A program made the translations under genes and the position numbers. Of a DNA stretch of 64,000 nucleotides, positions 1-16,293 are shown in pieces; position 1 is the stretch's first letter; every line of letters starts with the position of its first letter. The DNA comes from Rhizodiscina lignyota (lineage: Eukaryota), in NCBI GenBank assembly GCA_010015805.1, contig ML978131.1:868001-932000 (forward strand), read 5' to 3'. A model generated the notes under the pieces. That model was given only the letters and a program-made list of their open reading frames with translations. It did not search any database and was not told where the DNA came from.

Positions 1-64
1 ACCATTGCGCCTTAATTTATACAACTGCTGTCTACAATTGAATTGGCTGCTCTATTTTAAGGGT

Positions 65-1037
65 TCACATACGGACGGAAAGACTGAAATGTTCTCCGTA
101 CTCTACCATTCTACGTACATATACCATTTCCTTCCTCGTCTTGGACGGCACGGAGAAAGAGATAACGTGAGGTGGTAATGAGCTAGGGGCCGGATCACTA
201 CAAGTGGGGAGAGAGTTCAAGGCTAGACTTAAAGAGGACGACGACCTAAGCCCGATGCGGATCTGCATTAATATTTGGTGGTAGTGATCGCAGCAGGAAA
301 GAGTAAGATAACAGCCTAGTTAAGTAGCAAACTTGATAAATTGAAGTCTAATATAAAAACTACGGAGTAATTAGTTATTTTATGCGCCTACTACCTGGAT
401 ATATTTGACAGACCTAGCTGTCAATTCCCGTATGGAAGGGGATGAAAGGGCCAGGATATTGAGGGAGCAAATGGTCGCGATTCGGGATGTAAACGGCGAG
501 TCGAGGGTTGGACATATTGCTTTGACAACTTTGTCATCGGCCTCCATTTCCCTTGTGAAGGGAAGGCTCTACGATTGATTTGGAAGTAATTGTACGTAGA
601 GTTGACAATTATATACCTCCGCCTACGGAGTGGAGTGGGTGAGATTCGCGTGCGTTTCAGCCAATAATGGATGTAGAGTGTTCTCACATTCGATGAGATG
701 CTACAAGTCACGCTAGTAATGCTTTGGTTACCACGTATCCAAGCTTGAAAATCAAGTTCATTGAGTAAGAATCAATATTTCAAACGGTGTCCAAGTAACT
801 TGTGATGGGTATCGTCACAAATGATATGACAAAAGCTTACGGAGTAGGTGCTCATATACCTAACTCCAGGTAGGCATGTACCCAGAATTGGAAGCGACAA
901 GTACCCAACCTCCGGTGCACCATGCGTTCACAGGGCTCGGTAAATCCTCGGCGATTCACTGAAATCGCTCGCCAATGCTGATTAGTAAGCCTCTTCCAAA
1001 TTCCATCTCCACCAAATCTACGAAGTACTTCTATCAT
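65..1037 (-). pseudogene. Degenerate coding relic, possibly RIP-mutated
   Basis: The frame of ORF 65..268 continues upstream (...RELTARSVKYIQVVGA*NN*LLRSFYIRLQFIKFAT*LGCYLTLSCCDHYHQILMQI...) through three in-frame TAA codons at 320-322, 371-373 and 380-382 in an AT/TpA-rich patch. Further ORF fragments and a GTAAGC donor (~838) lie upstream. No family recognised. Confidence 0.35.
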
Positions 1038-1660
1038 CCTTCTCTCCCGCTGCTCAGTTCATCATGCTCTCTTTTCCTTTCTGTCTAATAGATGTGGACT
1101 CAAAAGAAGGGGAGATAAAATATTGCACATGCCCGTATGACAGGGCCCGAAGGTTTTCCTTTACTCATGAAGTCTTTTCCGGCTCTGTTCTCCTCATGAG
1201 GATACTCTAGCGGCCATGGGCTTCCCTGTGCCTTGTTTGCGTCTCTCTCTTCTCCCCGCCGTTCCTAGTCTCTCTCTCGGAGGAAGAGCTTGCGAATTCT
1301 TGAGTCAATTGACAAGCCCTTTCTGCGAAAATACTGTTTACCGGACAGTGTTGCCCCGTTCCCCACTTTGCGCCGACGAGCTGGTTGTTGTCCCTGATTG
1401 TTTAAGGATGACAGCCCTGTCATCTGTCAGCTAAGAGGAACAGGCTCAATATACCCACGAGCAATAACTCAATCTCATGTAGCATAGCGCTCGTCGTCAT
1501 AGTCCAATACATGCGGCTTTTCCGACTTGACCATGAGTGCGAGCGGCGCGATTACCGCCAGTGCGGCGCCGTGGTCTGTATAAGAGCTATAATAGTGGAG
1601 AAGGACCAGTTCTTGTCACTGTACCTCTCATCATTTTCCTGTCATTGGTCATAACTCATC

Positions 1661-2791
1661 ATGTTGCTCACCACCGCCGTTGCGGCGCTGTTTACATTTT
1701 CCACTGCAGCATCTGGTTCGGTACTAAGACGGTCCTCAGACTACCTTCAGGAAGCTATATCTACTGCAAAGACTCTTCAGAAATTATTCTATCATGAGTC
1801 AACCGGCTTGTGGACTGGCGTCGGGCCCAAGGCACACCTACCACCTGTAGACTATTGGTTCACCTCGGCCAACTGCCTCAGCACTATCGGTCTTCTAGCG
1901 TCCCTTGACAATGGCACCAGCAGTATGATTGATCCCATTATTCAGAATTCATACGTTCAAGCCCAAGCTTTCAACCTTGGGCGAGGCAAGTCGACTACCG
2001 GTGCCTGGCCAGTGACAGACCAGTATGCCGACGCTCTCATATGGGCAATGGCATGGGTCCACACGTACGACCTGATTGGCGAGAAAAAGTTTCTTGACAC
2101 TGTGGTGGAGATTTTTCAATACGTTGCTTTCAACGGAGCGAATGCGACTTGTGGCGGTGTGTGGAGCGATGTAAAGCGTCAGCAGCAGGACGCACTCACC
2201 AATGACTTGTTCTTGGCCGTTTCAACACATCTTGCCACCAGGGTGAAGAACGGCGACTACTATCTCGACTGGGCCGTTCGACACTGGAAATGGTACGAAA
2301 GCAGCGGCCTGCTTCAGCCTAGTGGTCTTGTTGTGGATTATCTGGACACCAAAACCTGCGTGGCATCCGGCCCATCTTATTCGCACATCCAAGGCATCCT
2401 TGTGGGCGGGCTCCTCGAGCTCAACAAAGCAGTCCCAAGCCCTACCTACATTGATCTTTCAGTAAAGATTGTCAACGCGTCGATGAAGGCACTTTCTGAT
2501 TCTAACGGCATCCTCACCGAGTATGGCTCCCACGGCAGCCCCAACATTGGCACTGTCGGTCCAATTTACAAGGGTCTGTATATTCGACACGTCGTGCTAC
2601 TAGCCTCGAAGTTGAACTATCCTGCTTACATCGCATACGTTCGAAAGCAAGCAGACAGCATTTGGGCAAGCGATCGGTCGAGAAAGGATGGCACCATCGG
2701 GAACGTCTGGGACCACTATTATGAGCAGCTCGAATCACCAGGTCACTGCTCGGGGTTGGATGCGCTTGTTGCAGCTGCAACAGTTAGTTAG
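1661..2791 (+). CDS. Secreted glycoside hydrolase family 76 (alpha-1,6-mannanase-like) protein, atypical active site
   Basis: 376-aa ORF with a signal peptide (MLLTTAVAALFTFSTAA). GH76-like motifs: WAMAW, TCGGVWS, TNDLFL, YLDWA..W.W, GLVVD.L...TC, QGILVGGL, YKGLYIR. TATA-like TATAAG at about 1579. Confidence 0.85.
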   Translation: MLLTTAVAALFTFSTAASGSVLRRSSDYLQEAISTAKTLQKLFYHESTGLWTGVGPKAHLPPVDYWFTSANCLSTIGLLASLDNGTSSMIDPIIQNSYVQAQAFNLGRGKSTTGAWPVTDQYADALIWAMAWVHTYDLIGEKKFLDTVVEIFQYVAFNGANATCGGVWSDVKRQQQDALTNDLFLAVSTHLATRVKNGDYYLDWAVRHWKWYESSGLLQPSGLVVDYLDTKTCVASGPSYSHIQGILVGGLLELNKAVPSPTYIDLSVKIVNASMKALSDSNGILTEYGSHGSPNIGTVGPIYKGLYIRHVVLLASKLNYPAYIAYVRKQADSIWASDRSRKDGTIGNVWDHYYEQLESPGHCSGLDALVAAATVS

Positions 2792-5314
2792 TCAGGGATG
2801 TTTGCTCGGCCTTTACTCTGGCTAGTATCGGCCGTTCTGTGGACTGCAGTAGATTCGAATCAAATGGAATTCTTTTTGCAGGTTTCAATTTGTGGTTAAG
2901 CTTCCGTACCTTATTCCTTCAAGTCTGGACTCAGATGATTTCCAATGTGGCCTGCGACGTGCCTTCAAACACTGATTTCTTCAGCCAACGCATCAACCCA
3001 ACCCGCCGGTAAGGCCCAGAAGGTGTCGATCTTAGCAGAGCAAGGCTCATAACTCATCCTACATTGTAACCTTCTTCTTGCTCGAGAGATGGGCTGTTAA
3101 TTAACTAGTGAGGCATATCATCTTCTGTCTCGAATGGTTCGGCTCTAACATCAATACTCAGAAAGCGGTAGTATTGGTAAGGCAATAGTCTTCTTCAACT
3201 TGCCGAAAGTCGATCCGAACGGGGGTAATATAATCCTTTACACGCAAGACAGCATCGAAGGGGGGGAGCAAGACGGTCTAAGGTGGATGCCTGCAGGTAG
3301 AAGTCGCTAGTAATCTCGTATTCTCTGTAGCCCCCCTGGGGAAATCTCCGGTGACATTTCCTCTTGGGCTGGTATAAGTTATTTCACTGTCAACTGATAC
3401 GTTTGGCCTAAGCGGTTGGAAGGCTGCCAGAATGTGGGTTCTCATAGTCTTAAATCCATTCTCGTAGCGACGACGTCGACGAATAGTTCTCTAAAGAATT
3501 GCTGAAGGAAATAGCCTGCCCACATTCCTGCAAAGTAATTCTTTGGAGCTTGTTCCTCTTGGAGTTTGGCTGCAAGCCCTCCGAGTTCTGGCAATTTGTC
3601 GGTGTCCTTGGTAAAAAATCTGGATCAATAATCTTCAACGGTACCATACCAGCGATCCCGCTGAAATGCTGGCCATAAGAACTGTAGTCTTACATTCTCA
3701 AAGTAGTTGATCTTGAGAAAAGTGGATGCATTATGTCGAAAACTCTCTCCCCTGTAGTGTCTATGTTCTTGTGCGCAAAGGGCTATTGCCGAAGCCGCTA
3801 TGTTTGGACAGGTTGTCCCCATACTCTTCTTGCCAATACCTAGGCTTACCTTAAAAGATCCGCACACTACGTGACCCAAAGTCGAAGCCATGATATCTGG
3901 AGAAGTTCTGCGTACTCTCTTCCGTTGGTCGGACACGACACGCTCAGGGATGACACCTCTATTGAGGTGTGTGCCTTAGGACGTGCGTCTTTCTGTGGCC
4001 TAGTTTTCTAAACCTGCAACTTGCTTTCTGATTTGTAAGTCAAAGTTATCTAGAGACGTTCAACTCGTTGAAATGAATTGAGTGTGCACCTCGGCTAGGG
4101 AGGTGAGGTCAGGCTGTGAGGAAGCATCAGGCTGAGTGCAGGTAGCGCCATATGGTCCCCGGCGAATACACCACTTTGAATAATTGTATGCGCCGTAACA
4201 GGTTGCCATGAAAAATCAGTAGACGATGTCTCGTCCGCAGATCTTCCGCCTAGTTCCGAGAATCGTCTGCCGCATTCTGTGTCACTTCCAGCTATCGATA
4301 CTGTTCTGAGATATTAAAAGACCAATGAGAATCAACGTTAACACAGAATTACGGTATAATGACCAGTTGTTTGATTGTAACGCATGCTCATGAGAAAGAA
4401 GAATTTATAAAATAAGAGAGAAAAGCCGTAGTTGTATCTGACAGAGCGAAGGGCAGTGGACCTGATCGTTCGGTGCAAATACTGTAGGCGGGACTACCTT
4501 ATACTTCTAATGCTGTGCTGGTGCGAAGTGCCTGTTCAATTAGCTTAACATCGGTCTGGATGACGGTAAATATGGGCAGTTACACGCAAGGTTACATAGA
4601 AAGGGTGGCCAGACAGATCGAGGTTAGATACCAGCCGGTAGAACTCCCTGACAATCTCCAATTCTATGCTGTCGGCCCTGTGAGAACTGCCCGCGTACGT
4701 AACCGATGTTCCAGAATGGCGACTGATGTGCCACGAGCAGTCCTCCAAAAGTAGGGATCGGGACAGGTTGAACGGCCAAGCGAAGGCGAAAGTCTTCCAG
4801 AGCCGATGAGGCTCTTTCTGATTCACTTGCTTGAGGTCCAGCCCCAGCCTCGCGTACGCTGTAGAAGAAGAGTACGGTCGCGGCCAAGCTGGAAAGGGAT
4901 AAGACAAGCTTCGGCTAGCACGCTTATATTGACGCTAGACTATTTTAGGCGTGGGAGGGAGCTTCGCTGACATCTTCAGCTGTACATCACACATCTCCGG
5001 CCAGACCTTGGATGGCCGCACACCCTCCACGTTCCTTGTAGACTGTGTCGAAGCGATAGGTTTCGTTTTGCTCTGCCGACGGCGCGATTCGGCTCACCTA
5101 GACATCAACTATGGCGAGGCTAGGTATCCTAACTATACTCTTATGGAGTACATCTACCCCGTCGAGAGCCTGGATTTCTACCACTAGGTGATCCAGCGAC
5201 TTAACCAAACGGACAGGTTTTCTATTCTCCTTTTCTCGCATATTTATCACATAGCATCAAAATTCAAAATTGATCCGGACTCTCTTAGAGCCCAATATCA
5301 TTTCTTTCACAACG

Positions 5315-6313
5315 ATGGCGACAGCCTGCGCAGCCTTCGGGCCTGACAGCAGCTTCTTATTCAATTCACCTTCCAAGTGGTCCTTCAACGGGATACCCGA
5401 TGGAATCACAGAGCTGATGACGAAGGCGCCAAAGGCCAAAGACATCTTAGACGTCGCTTTGGGCCCTGATGGCTCATACTGTGTAGTCTACACCAATCAG
5501 GCTGGAGAGCCGATGCTGCGCAGGAACGAATTGCCTCCGGCTCTCGAGAAGTGGTTTATCCCAGTTCCAGGAAACGGGTTGTCTGCTAAACGCGACCTCG
5601 CATCCTTGAATGTCGCTCTCGGTCCTAATGGGTCCTTCTTTGCGTTTGACAGTAATGGCGCATTCTGGAGTAATCTCCCGGCTGGGTTCAATGATGCTCT
5701 CTCTCAAAGACTGGATTCTAAGGGCAATTTTAAATCCGGCGACTACCCACAGAGCGTCTCGCTTGGTGCAGATGGGACTTATGTGATGACTACGGTCGGA
5801 GGTGGCGGAATGTGGAATCTCTGCGGCACCAATGACATTCTCTCCAACTTCCTTAAGGAGTCAAAGAGTCTGAAAGGAATAGTAAGTTGCTTGTTTAGGC
5901 ATATGCAAACTTCTCCCCAAAATTTCTCATGAATGCGACAGTATGTCATCCTATCGCCGAGCCGTACAGGCGTTCACCTTGTCGTGACCAATACCGGAGG
6001 TTGCGCGAGCACGACGCCCACATCATGCCATCAACAATACCTGGACTTTGCAGAGGATTGGAAAACTTCCTGTCAGAGAGTTATGAATCAGGCTGCGGTG
6101 CGGCGAAGAAATGCTCAACAGTCTGCAAACATTGGGAAGGCCGTTGTCAAGGGCCTGGGACTTATGAACAAGATCCTCAACGCGGCGAACGGCAACGCTA
6201 GTGGTGGTGGCGGACAGGTCTACACGTCAGATACATATGTACAGGACAACAGCATGGATATGAGCAGCTTTTGGGCTCCCATCAACAGCGCTGCGAGCGA
6301 CCCTATTCAGTAA
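5315..6313 (+). CDS. Hypothetical protein with internal (V/A)xLGPxGS repeats; 2 exons (5315-5881, 5942-6313)
   Basis: ATG at 5315. A GTAAGT...CAG intron at 5882-5941 removes the stop at 5930-5932 and joins the two same-frame ORFs (…KGI|YVILSP…). Confidence 0.75.
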
Positions 6314-7374
6314 CATGCTCTACATAGATGATGTAGCTGGAATTTCACGTTCACACCCACAAAGTAGGGATTCAGAGTCTTCAAACCCCGAAGCGTCAAA
6401 GAAAAGAGGTGCATGTGAACAGTCTGGATGATGTTGTTAGGGTCGTATATATACGCCTTCTAACGTCTGAACATTAGATGTTCAGACATTGTTACCTTTT
6501 TGGTGGTCTATGCAGCTAGCGCATGAGATCTAACAGATGTGGCATTTTAAAGTTTGTTAGTAGGAAACCACTTCAACCTCAGTCATACACCCTGAGTAAT
6601 TTGGACAAATGGTACAAGCATCTTATAATGAAGATTAAGGATTTTACAGTTCTCAAATGTCGCGCGGGCGACCTAGAGGAAAGGGATCTGAACTTCGACC
6701 TTATCTTGACCACATAAGATGTCATTCAGGAAGAACGGATCTAAAAGTATCGTATCCCCAATCCTAGTGAGATTCTGTGTATAATGCGATGGACTTTGAG
6801 AGCAGTTTGTACTTTGCTCCGCCTTGATCTTTCTGACTTAGTATATGGAACTTGGAAAGTGGGAATGAATTGCAGAAGTATATCCTGCACACTATTCAAT
6901 ATTGAATGAAACTTCTGCCGGCTAGCGCGCATGTGTCGTGTAGTAGAGAAACACAAGCGATTTGTACCTTCTTGCTGGTGTACTCCGAGTTATAGGAAAT
7001 ATGTCTCAGAAGAGCAGGAAGATGATGACACGAGAGAGTGGAACCACTTGCGCCTCGCCGTCATTTGGGAATACCTAGACAGGGACATCGTCATTACACC
7101 TGCGGACGTCGTTTTAATCAGCCGCGACTGCAACTCACAACACCTTTCGATGCAACAACTAACTAATCAAGCACGGCTAGAGCGAGCATGCTTCCAAGAC
7201 CGCGACTTTCTCGCGCAAAGGGTCCTTGGACTGCAGCTTCGAATCGGGCGAGGCCTAAGAGACGACCCGCAGCTCCACTCCAGTTAGATATCGACGAAAT
7301 CGCCAGAATTCTCGCACCATCGAGGAGATGGAAATTGCAGGGTCTCACGCGAGAATAGTTGGTGGTATGCATAA

Positions 7375-7414
7375 ACAGAAATGTACTGTATACGACAGAA
7401 TTGTACTGTATACG
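7375..7414. repeat. 20-bp direct tandem duplication (ACAGAA[A/T]TGTACTGTATACG x2)
   Basis: Read directly in the sequence, just downstream of the EAF gene stop. Confidence 0.8.
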
Positions 7415-7500
7415 AAGTAAGCCAATTCTATGGATATCTTGAACAAGCCATCGCATCCCAAGAAGACAGAATATCCAAAGTCGAAACGGAGTATCCAAAA

Positions 7501-9078
7501 CTACTCCTCCTCGCTCTCTTCACTCTCATCGCCCTGCGCAACAGCCGGCGCAGCCCTCATCTCTTCCTCCTCCTGGCTTGCCAATCCCTGCATCTCAGCC
7601 TCAAAGTCCGCTTCAAAATCATCATCTGCATCTCCATCGGCATCCTCATCGCTCGGTACCTGCGGCGCATCGGGCATCGGCTCTTCAGGATGCACACTCG
7701 TCGCCTTCGATGTATCATGCGCGGGAGACCCCAGCGTCATAGGCTCGACATCGTCGTCGCCTTCATCATCCTCATCATAGCCGCGATCGTCGTCATCATC
7801 CTCCTCTTCTTCGTCGTCTTGCGCACTGGTGTCGCCGAAATCGATAATCTGGCCGTCGCCTGGGTCGCCGTGCTTCGTCTTGAGGAGAGGAGTATGCACT
7901 CTATGCGCTGGGCTCGCGTTGGCGGAGTTCATCGCACTGCGGAGGGAAACGGGGCCGTGGCCAGGTGTGCCGCTGGGGAGGTTGAGTCCCTTCTTGTTCT
8001 TGCCGAGTGCGGCGCGAGACTTGGGCGCGGCGTCTCCAAAGTCAATTTCCAGGCCGCTGTCGTTGGCGTCTGGTGCTGGTGGAGGTGGTGGGGGTGGTGG
8101 GGGTGGCTCATCCTCGTCGGATGAGGAATTCACGTAGTACTCCGATTTGACGACAGATTTGCCGGTTGGTGCGGCAGTCCTTGGAGTAGTCTTCGGCTTC
8201 TTTGCCGGTGGTTGCGAGTCTGTTGGTCGTGTGGATGCGCGTCTATCCAAGCGTACAGATGGAGCATTGGCCGTCCGTGGCTTGCTCAAGGTAGTTCCTA
8301 CAGGGGGTGATGACTTCTTAGCGCGTGTAAGTGGCTGCCTGGATTTTGGTTGCGCTTTCGCTTGGAGTGACGGCGTGCCTGATTGGGGGCGCTGCAGTGG
8401 AGTTGCTCGCGGAGTTGCTCGACTGGCATCTGACCGTGGAGTATTTGCAGCACTACGCTCCGGTGATGCAGAGCGCGAGAGGTGGCCGTGACGGAGATAG
8501 TGGCGGAAGTCGTACGGGTTTCCTTCATCTGCGGACGCATTTAGATCGCCTGCATCGCTATCAGCACCAGTCGCTGTATCCTGAAGAGGAAGCTCTTCTT
8601 TTGGTTTGAGCTTGGGGTAGCGCTCGGCAAGCTTGGCCGCCGAAGCCTCATTTGGTGTCGACTGGATGTTGAAGGTGTATCCTGATGCCAGTGGCTGTAG
8701 TGTACAAATATTATTCTTCTGATCAAACACGAGCGCATACGACCTCTTCAGATCTTTTCGTTTGCCGTTGTACGAATACTTTGCTTCGCCGTCACCTGAT
8801 GAGTCCGTAAGAGTGAGGTTCCACCGATCATTCTCACCAGGAGAAATCGTGCTTCTTCGAAGAGCCGAGTCTGCTTGGCTGGGCTTGTAGTTATCTGGCG
8901 ACAGTAAGTATACGAACCAGGTACTCTTGGAGGTTGGGGTCGCACATCTGATACTGCTGAACGTTCCTTTGTCGCGCGGCTTACTGAGCAGTCCATCGCC
9001 TGGCTCAAGTCTGTATTTGCTGTGCTTGAGGGGATCGAGAGGTCTCGCAGAGGAGCTCGTTACTGCCGGAGAAGCCAT
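7501..9078 (-). CDS. RNA polymerase II elongation factor, ELL-associated factor (EAF) domain protein
   Basis: 525-aa ORF. N-terminal EAF-like domain (YSYNGKR...YALVFD....CTLQPL...YTFN) is followed by long Ser/Pro-rich and acidic regions ending in ESEESEEE, as in fungal EAF proteins. Confidence 0.75.
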   Translation of the reverse strand: MASPAVTSSSARPLDPLKHSKYRLEPGDGLLSKPRDKGTFSSIRCATPTSKSTWFVYLLSPDNYKPSQADSALRRSTISPGENDRWNLTLTDSSGDGEAKYSYNGKRKDLKRSYALVFDQKNNICTLQPLASGYTFNIQSTPNEASAAKLAERYPKLKPKEELPLQDTATGADSDAGDLNASADEGNPYDFRHYLRHGHLSRSASPERSAANTPRSDASRATPRATPLQRPQSGTPSLQAKAQPKSRQPLTRAKKSSPPVGTTLSKPRTANAPSVRLDRRASTRPTDSQPPAKKPKTTPRTAAPTGKSVVKSEYYVNSSSDEDEPPPPPPPPPPAPDANDSGLEIDFGDAAPKSRAALGKNKKGLNLPSGTPGHGPVSLRSAMNSANASPAHRVHTPLLKTKHGDPGDGQIIDFGDTSAQDDEEEEDDDDDRGYDEDDEGDDDVEPMTLGSPAHDTSKATSVHPEEPMPDAPQVPSDEDADGDADDDFEADFEAEMQGLASQEEEEMRAAPAVAQGDESEESEEE

Positions 9079-9393
9079 GTTGGTACAGAGATGATGCAGG
9101 AGGAGGAATGAATGTGGACAATGAAAGGTGGAGGAAGTGAAACATGGGTTGGGTTGAGGGTGAAGATGCGTTGTCTTCCAGTGTGTCGGTCACGCCCAGG
9201 CGCACACCCCGGTCTGCGACAGCTTAACAAAGGCGCCCGGAGGCGCCGCTATGTTTAGAGCTATCAGGGACCACCCGTTAAAAAGCCCCAAAGTCTGGAA
9301 TGCCAGTATTTTATTCGAATTTATTGCCCTATAGTCTCTGATGCCACCGGAAATTGCTGTTGCCCTTGGCCCACGGAGTGTCGGTCATCTCAC

Positions 9394-9399
9394 GAGTCA
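9394..9399 (-). promoter_or_regulatory. Candidate Gcn4/CpcA (cross-pathway control) site TGACTC in the ARO1/EAF divergent promoter
   Basis: GAGTCA at 9394-9399, about 370 bp upstream of the ARO1 ATG. Amino-acid biosynthesis genes are established Gcn4/CpcA targets, but a single hexamer is weak evidence. Confidence 0.4.
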
Positions 9400-9688
9400 C
9401 AACAGCTCGTACAGAGCACAGCAAAGGAACTTGGAAAAGAACTCCATATCGGTTTCCTGAATTCCACTCCGCTGAATTTCATACTTCGGGTTTTCTATCC
9501 ACGCTTTCGTCTCGCCATCTGTCGGCGCTGAGAACAATAGTATTGTTTACTGGCAATCGACACTTTGCCCGAGCGAGACCGGCCTGGACAGTCACAAAGA
9601 ATATCCCGGCACCGAAAGCTCTTTCACCGTCCCAAAGGGCTTCAAATTTCGCAGCCGAACGACAATTACGGGCCATTGGCCTAGGTGA

Positions 9689-14697
<5,009 letters not shown>

Positions 14698-15191
14698 AGG
14701 AGATGGTAAGTTAAAACTAGATGTCGCAAGACATTGTACTACTAGAATGAGCATTTGGGGTTCGTCTGGCGTTGGCCGCGGGCGATCCGATTTACCCATG
14801 ACGATGGTGCACCTACTATGTAGTGTACATAGCACCAAAAAAAAGTCTCTGAACGTGTTGCCTTTATAATACTGCGGAAAGTCTTCGCACAGCTTTGCAA
14901 GCCTTGCATATAAACGAACTATGCTCTGCGTTTTCATTGCAATCCCTTGAGTCCAAGCTTTGCTTCTCTGCTCTCGCCTCTATGATCCATCTTCCTACAG
15001 CCAAACGTTTACGTTCAAACCTCTTTGTCTGCTCCTTCTCCCTGGAGCGTACTCTCCTTTGCAACTCCCTCAATACTCAGCTCATTCTAACTTTACTCGT
15101 TCCCAGAGCTTCCAGTCTACGGCATCTCATCAGAAATCAAGACTCAAAACCTCGAATTCAACTCAATTCTGCTTCAGTCCAACTCACCAAC

Positions 15192-16123
15192 ATGGACTCA
15201 ATCCTTGATGAGCTTGAGGAAATGGCATCGGGCGTCGCCGGTGAAGTACCCGCCGCAGACGAAGAGGCAATTGAGAGATGGCGGTATCTTTTCAGTTACA
15301 GCAGCAAAGAAGTGGAGCGTCGCATCGAACAGTTCCGCAGCAATCTTAACGGAAGCCGAATCTTGGACTTTCATTGGGAGAGTGTACGAATTAGAGAATC
15401 CACCGACGCACACAATCTAGAAAGTTACGAATACTCCTTAAAACTGAAGAGCGAAGCAGCAAACGACACTGTACCGCAACATCGGCAATCTCTCGCACAC
15501 GAAAATACATACTAAATCTGGAGAATGGATTGACCGCTCAGGCAGTCCGAGATATCGCTGGCCTCGTTTCTCTACCAGAAGTCATTTCCGGTACTGGGAA
15601 TGCTGTACACAAAATCCGCATAATTCCGGGCTTGCCTTCCGAGCCAGAAATCGACCCTGGCAGAATGGCGGCCAGAAAGGACCTCTGTCCGTCGTCACGC
15701 TGCCCAACGCTCGGCCTAGATACCACTCTCCCACAATTCAGGCTCCCGCATGATCATGCCCTCGTGAAGCCGGCGCAGGATCAGTGTCAAGTATTCTATT
15801 TTGTCTACGGGACACTCACAGACCCAGAACGTCTAACCAGACTCCTGTCGCTCTCAGAGGATCTGATGTTGTCGCCGGCCACCGTTCGAGGCGAAGTATT
15901 GCAGAATTGGGGAGCTAAGTACAAGGCACTAGTCGACGGCCCAGAAAGCAGCTCGGTGAGTGGCAGCACGTATGAAGTCGCTCACAAGGAGCATGAGGAT
16001 GCGCTGTGTAGGTACGAGACGGAGATGTACGAGGTTCTGAGATGTGATATTGTCATGTTGGATACTGAGCGGGTCGTAAAAGGGCTGACTCTTTGGTTCG
16101 TCAGGCAAGAGTTCTTGGATTGA
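15192..16123 (+). pseudogene. Gamma-glutamylcyclotransferase (AIG2/GGCT-like) domain gene with an apparent frameshift at ~15511
   Basis: The C-terminal ORF has the GGCT motifs YFVYGTL, W.A.YKALV and L..YE...YE. The N-terminal ORF from ATG 15192 stops at TAA 15513-15515, while the downstream frame is already open (CTA AAT CTG GAG AAT GGA TTG ACC). I found no convincing intron bridging the break. Confidence 0.6.
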
Positions 16124-16293
16124 TGACGGTGCCCGCTTTCGATCTCGTTCGTCATTCTCTCAGAGACCCTGCAAATGAATATTGTTCTCCCGATGCAGAA
16201 ACGGGTAATAGTCCAGGAGGGAAACTCCATGTTATACCGTTCGGAATTGTCGCCCATATGAGAGTGACTGCCCAACATGTATCTAGAGTTCAC

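Noticed and set aside
4545..4907. 120-aa minus-strand ORF
   Set aside because: Non-ATG start, no recognisable domain and no supporting splice sites.
7381..8124. 247-aa hydrophobic + strand ORF
   Set aside because: Antisense shadow of the acidic, Pro-rich EAF gene; the hydrophobicity comes from reverse-complemented Asp/Glu codons.
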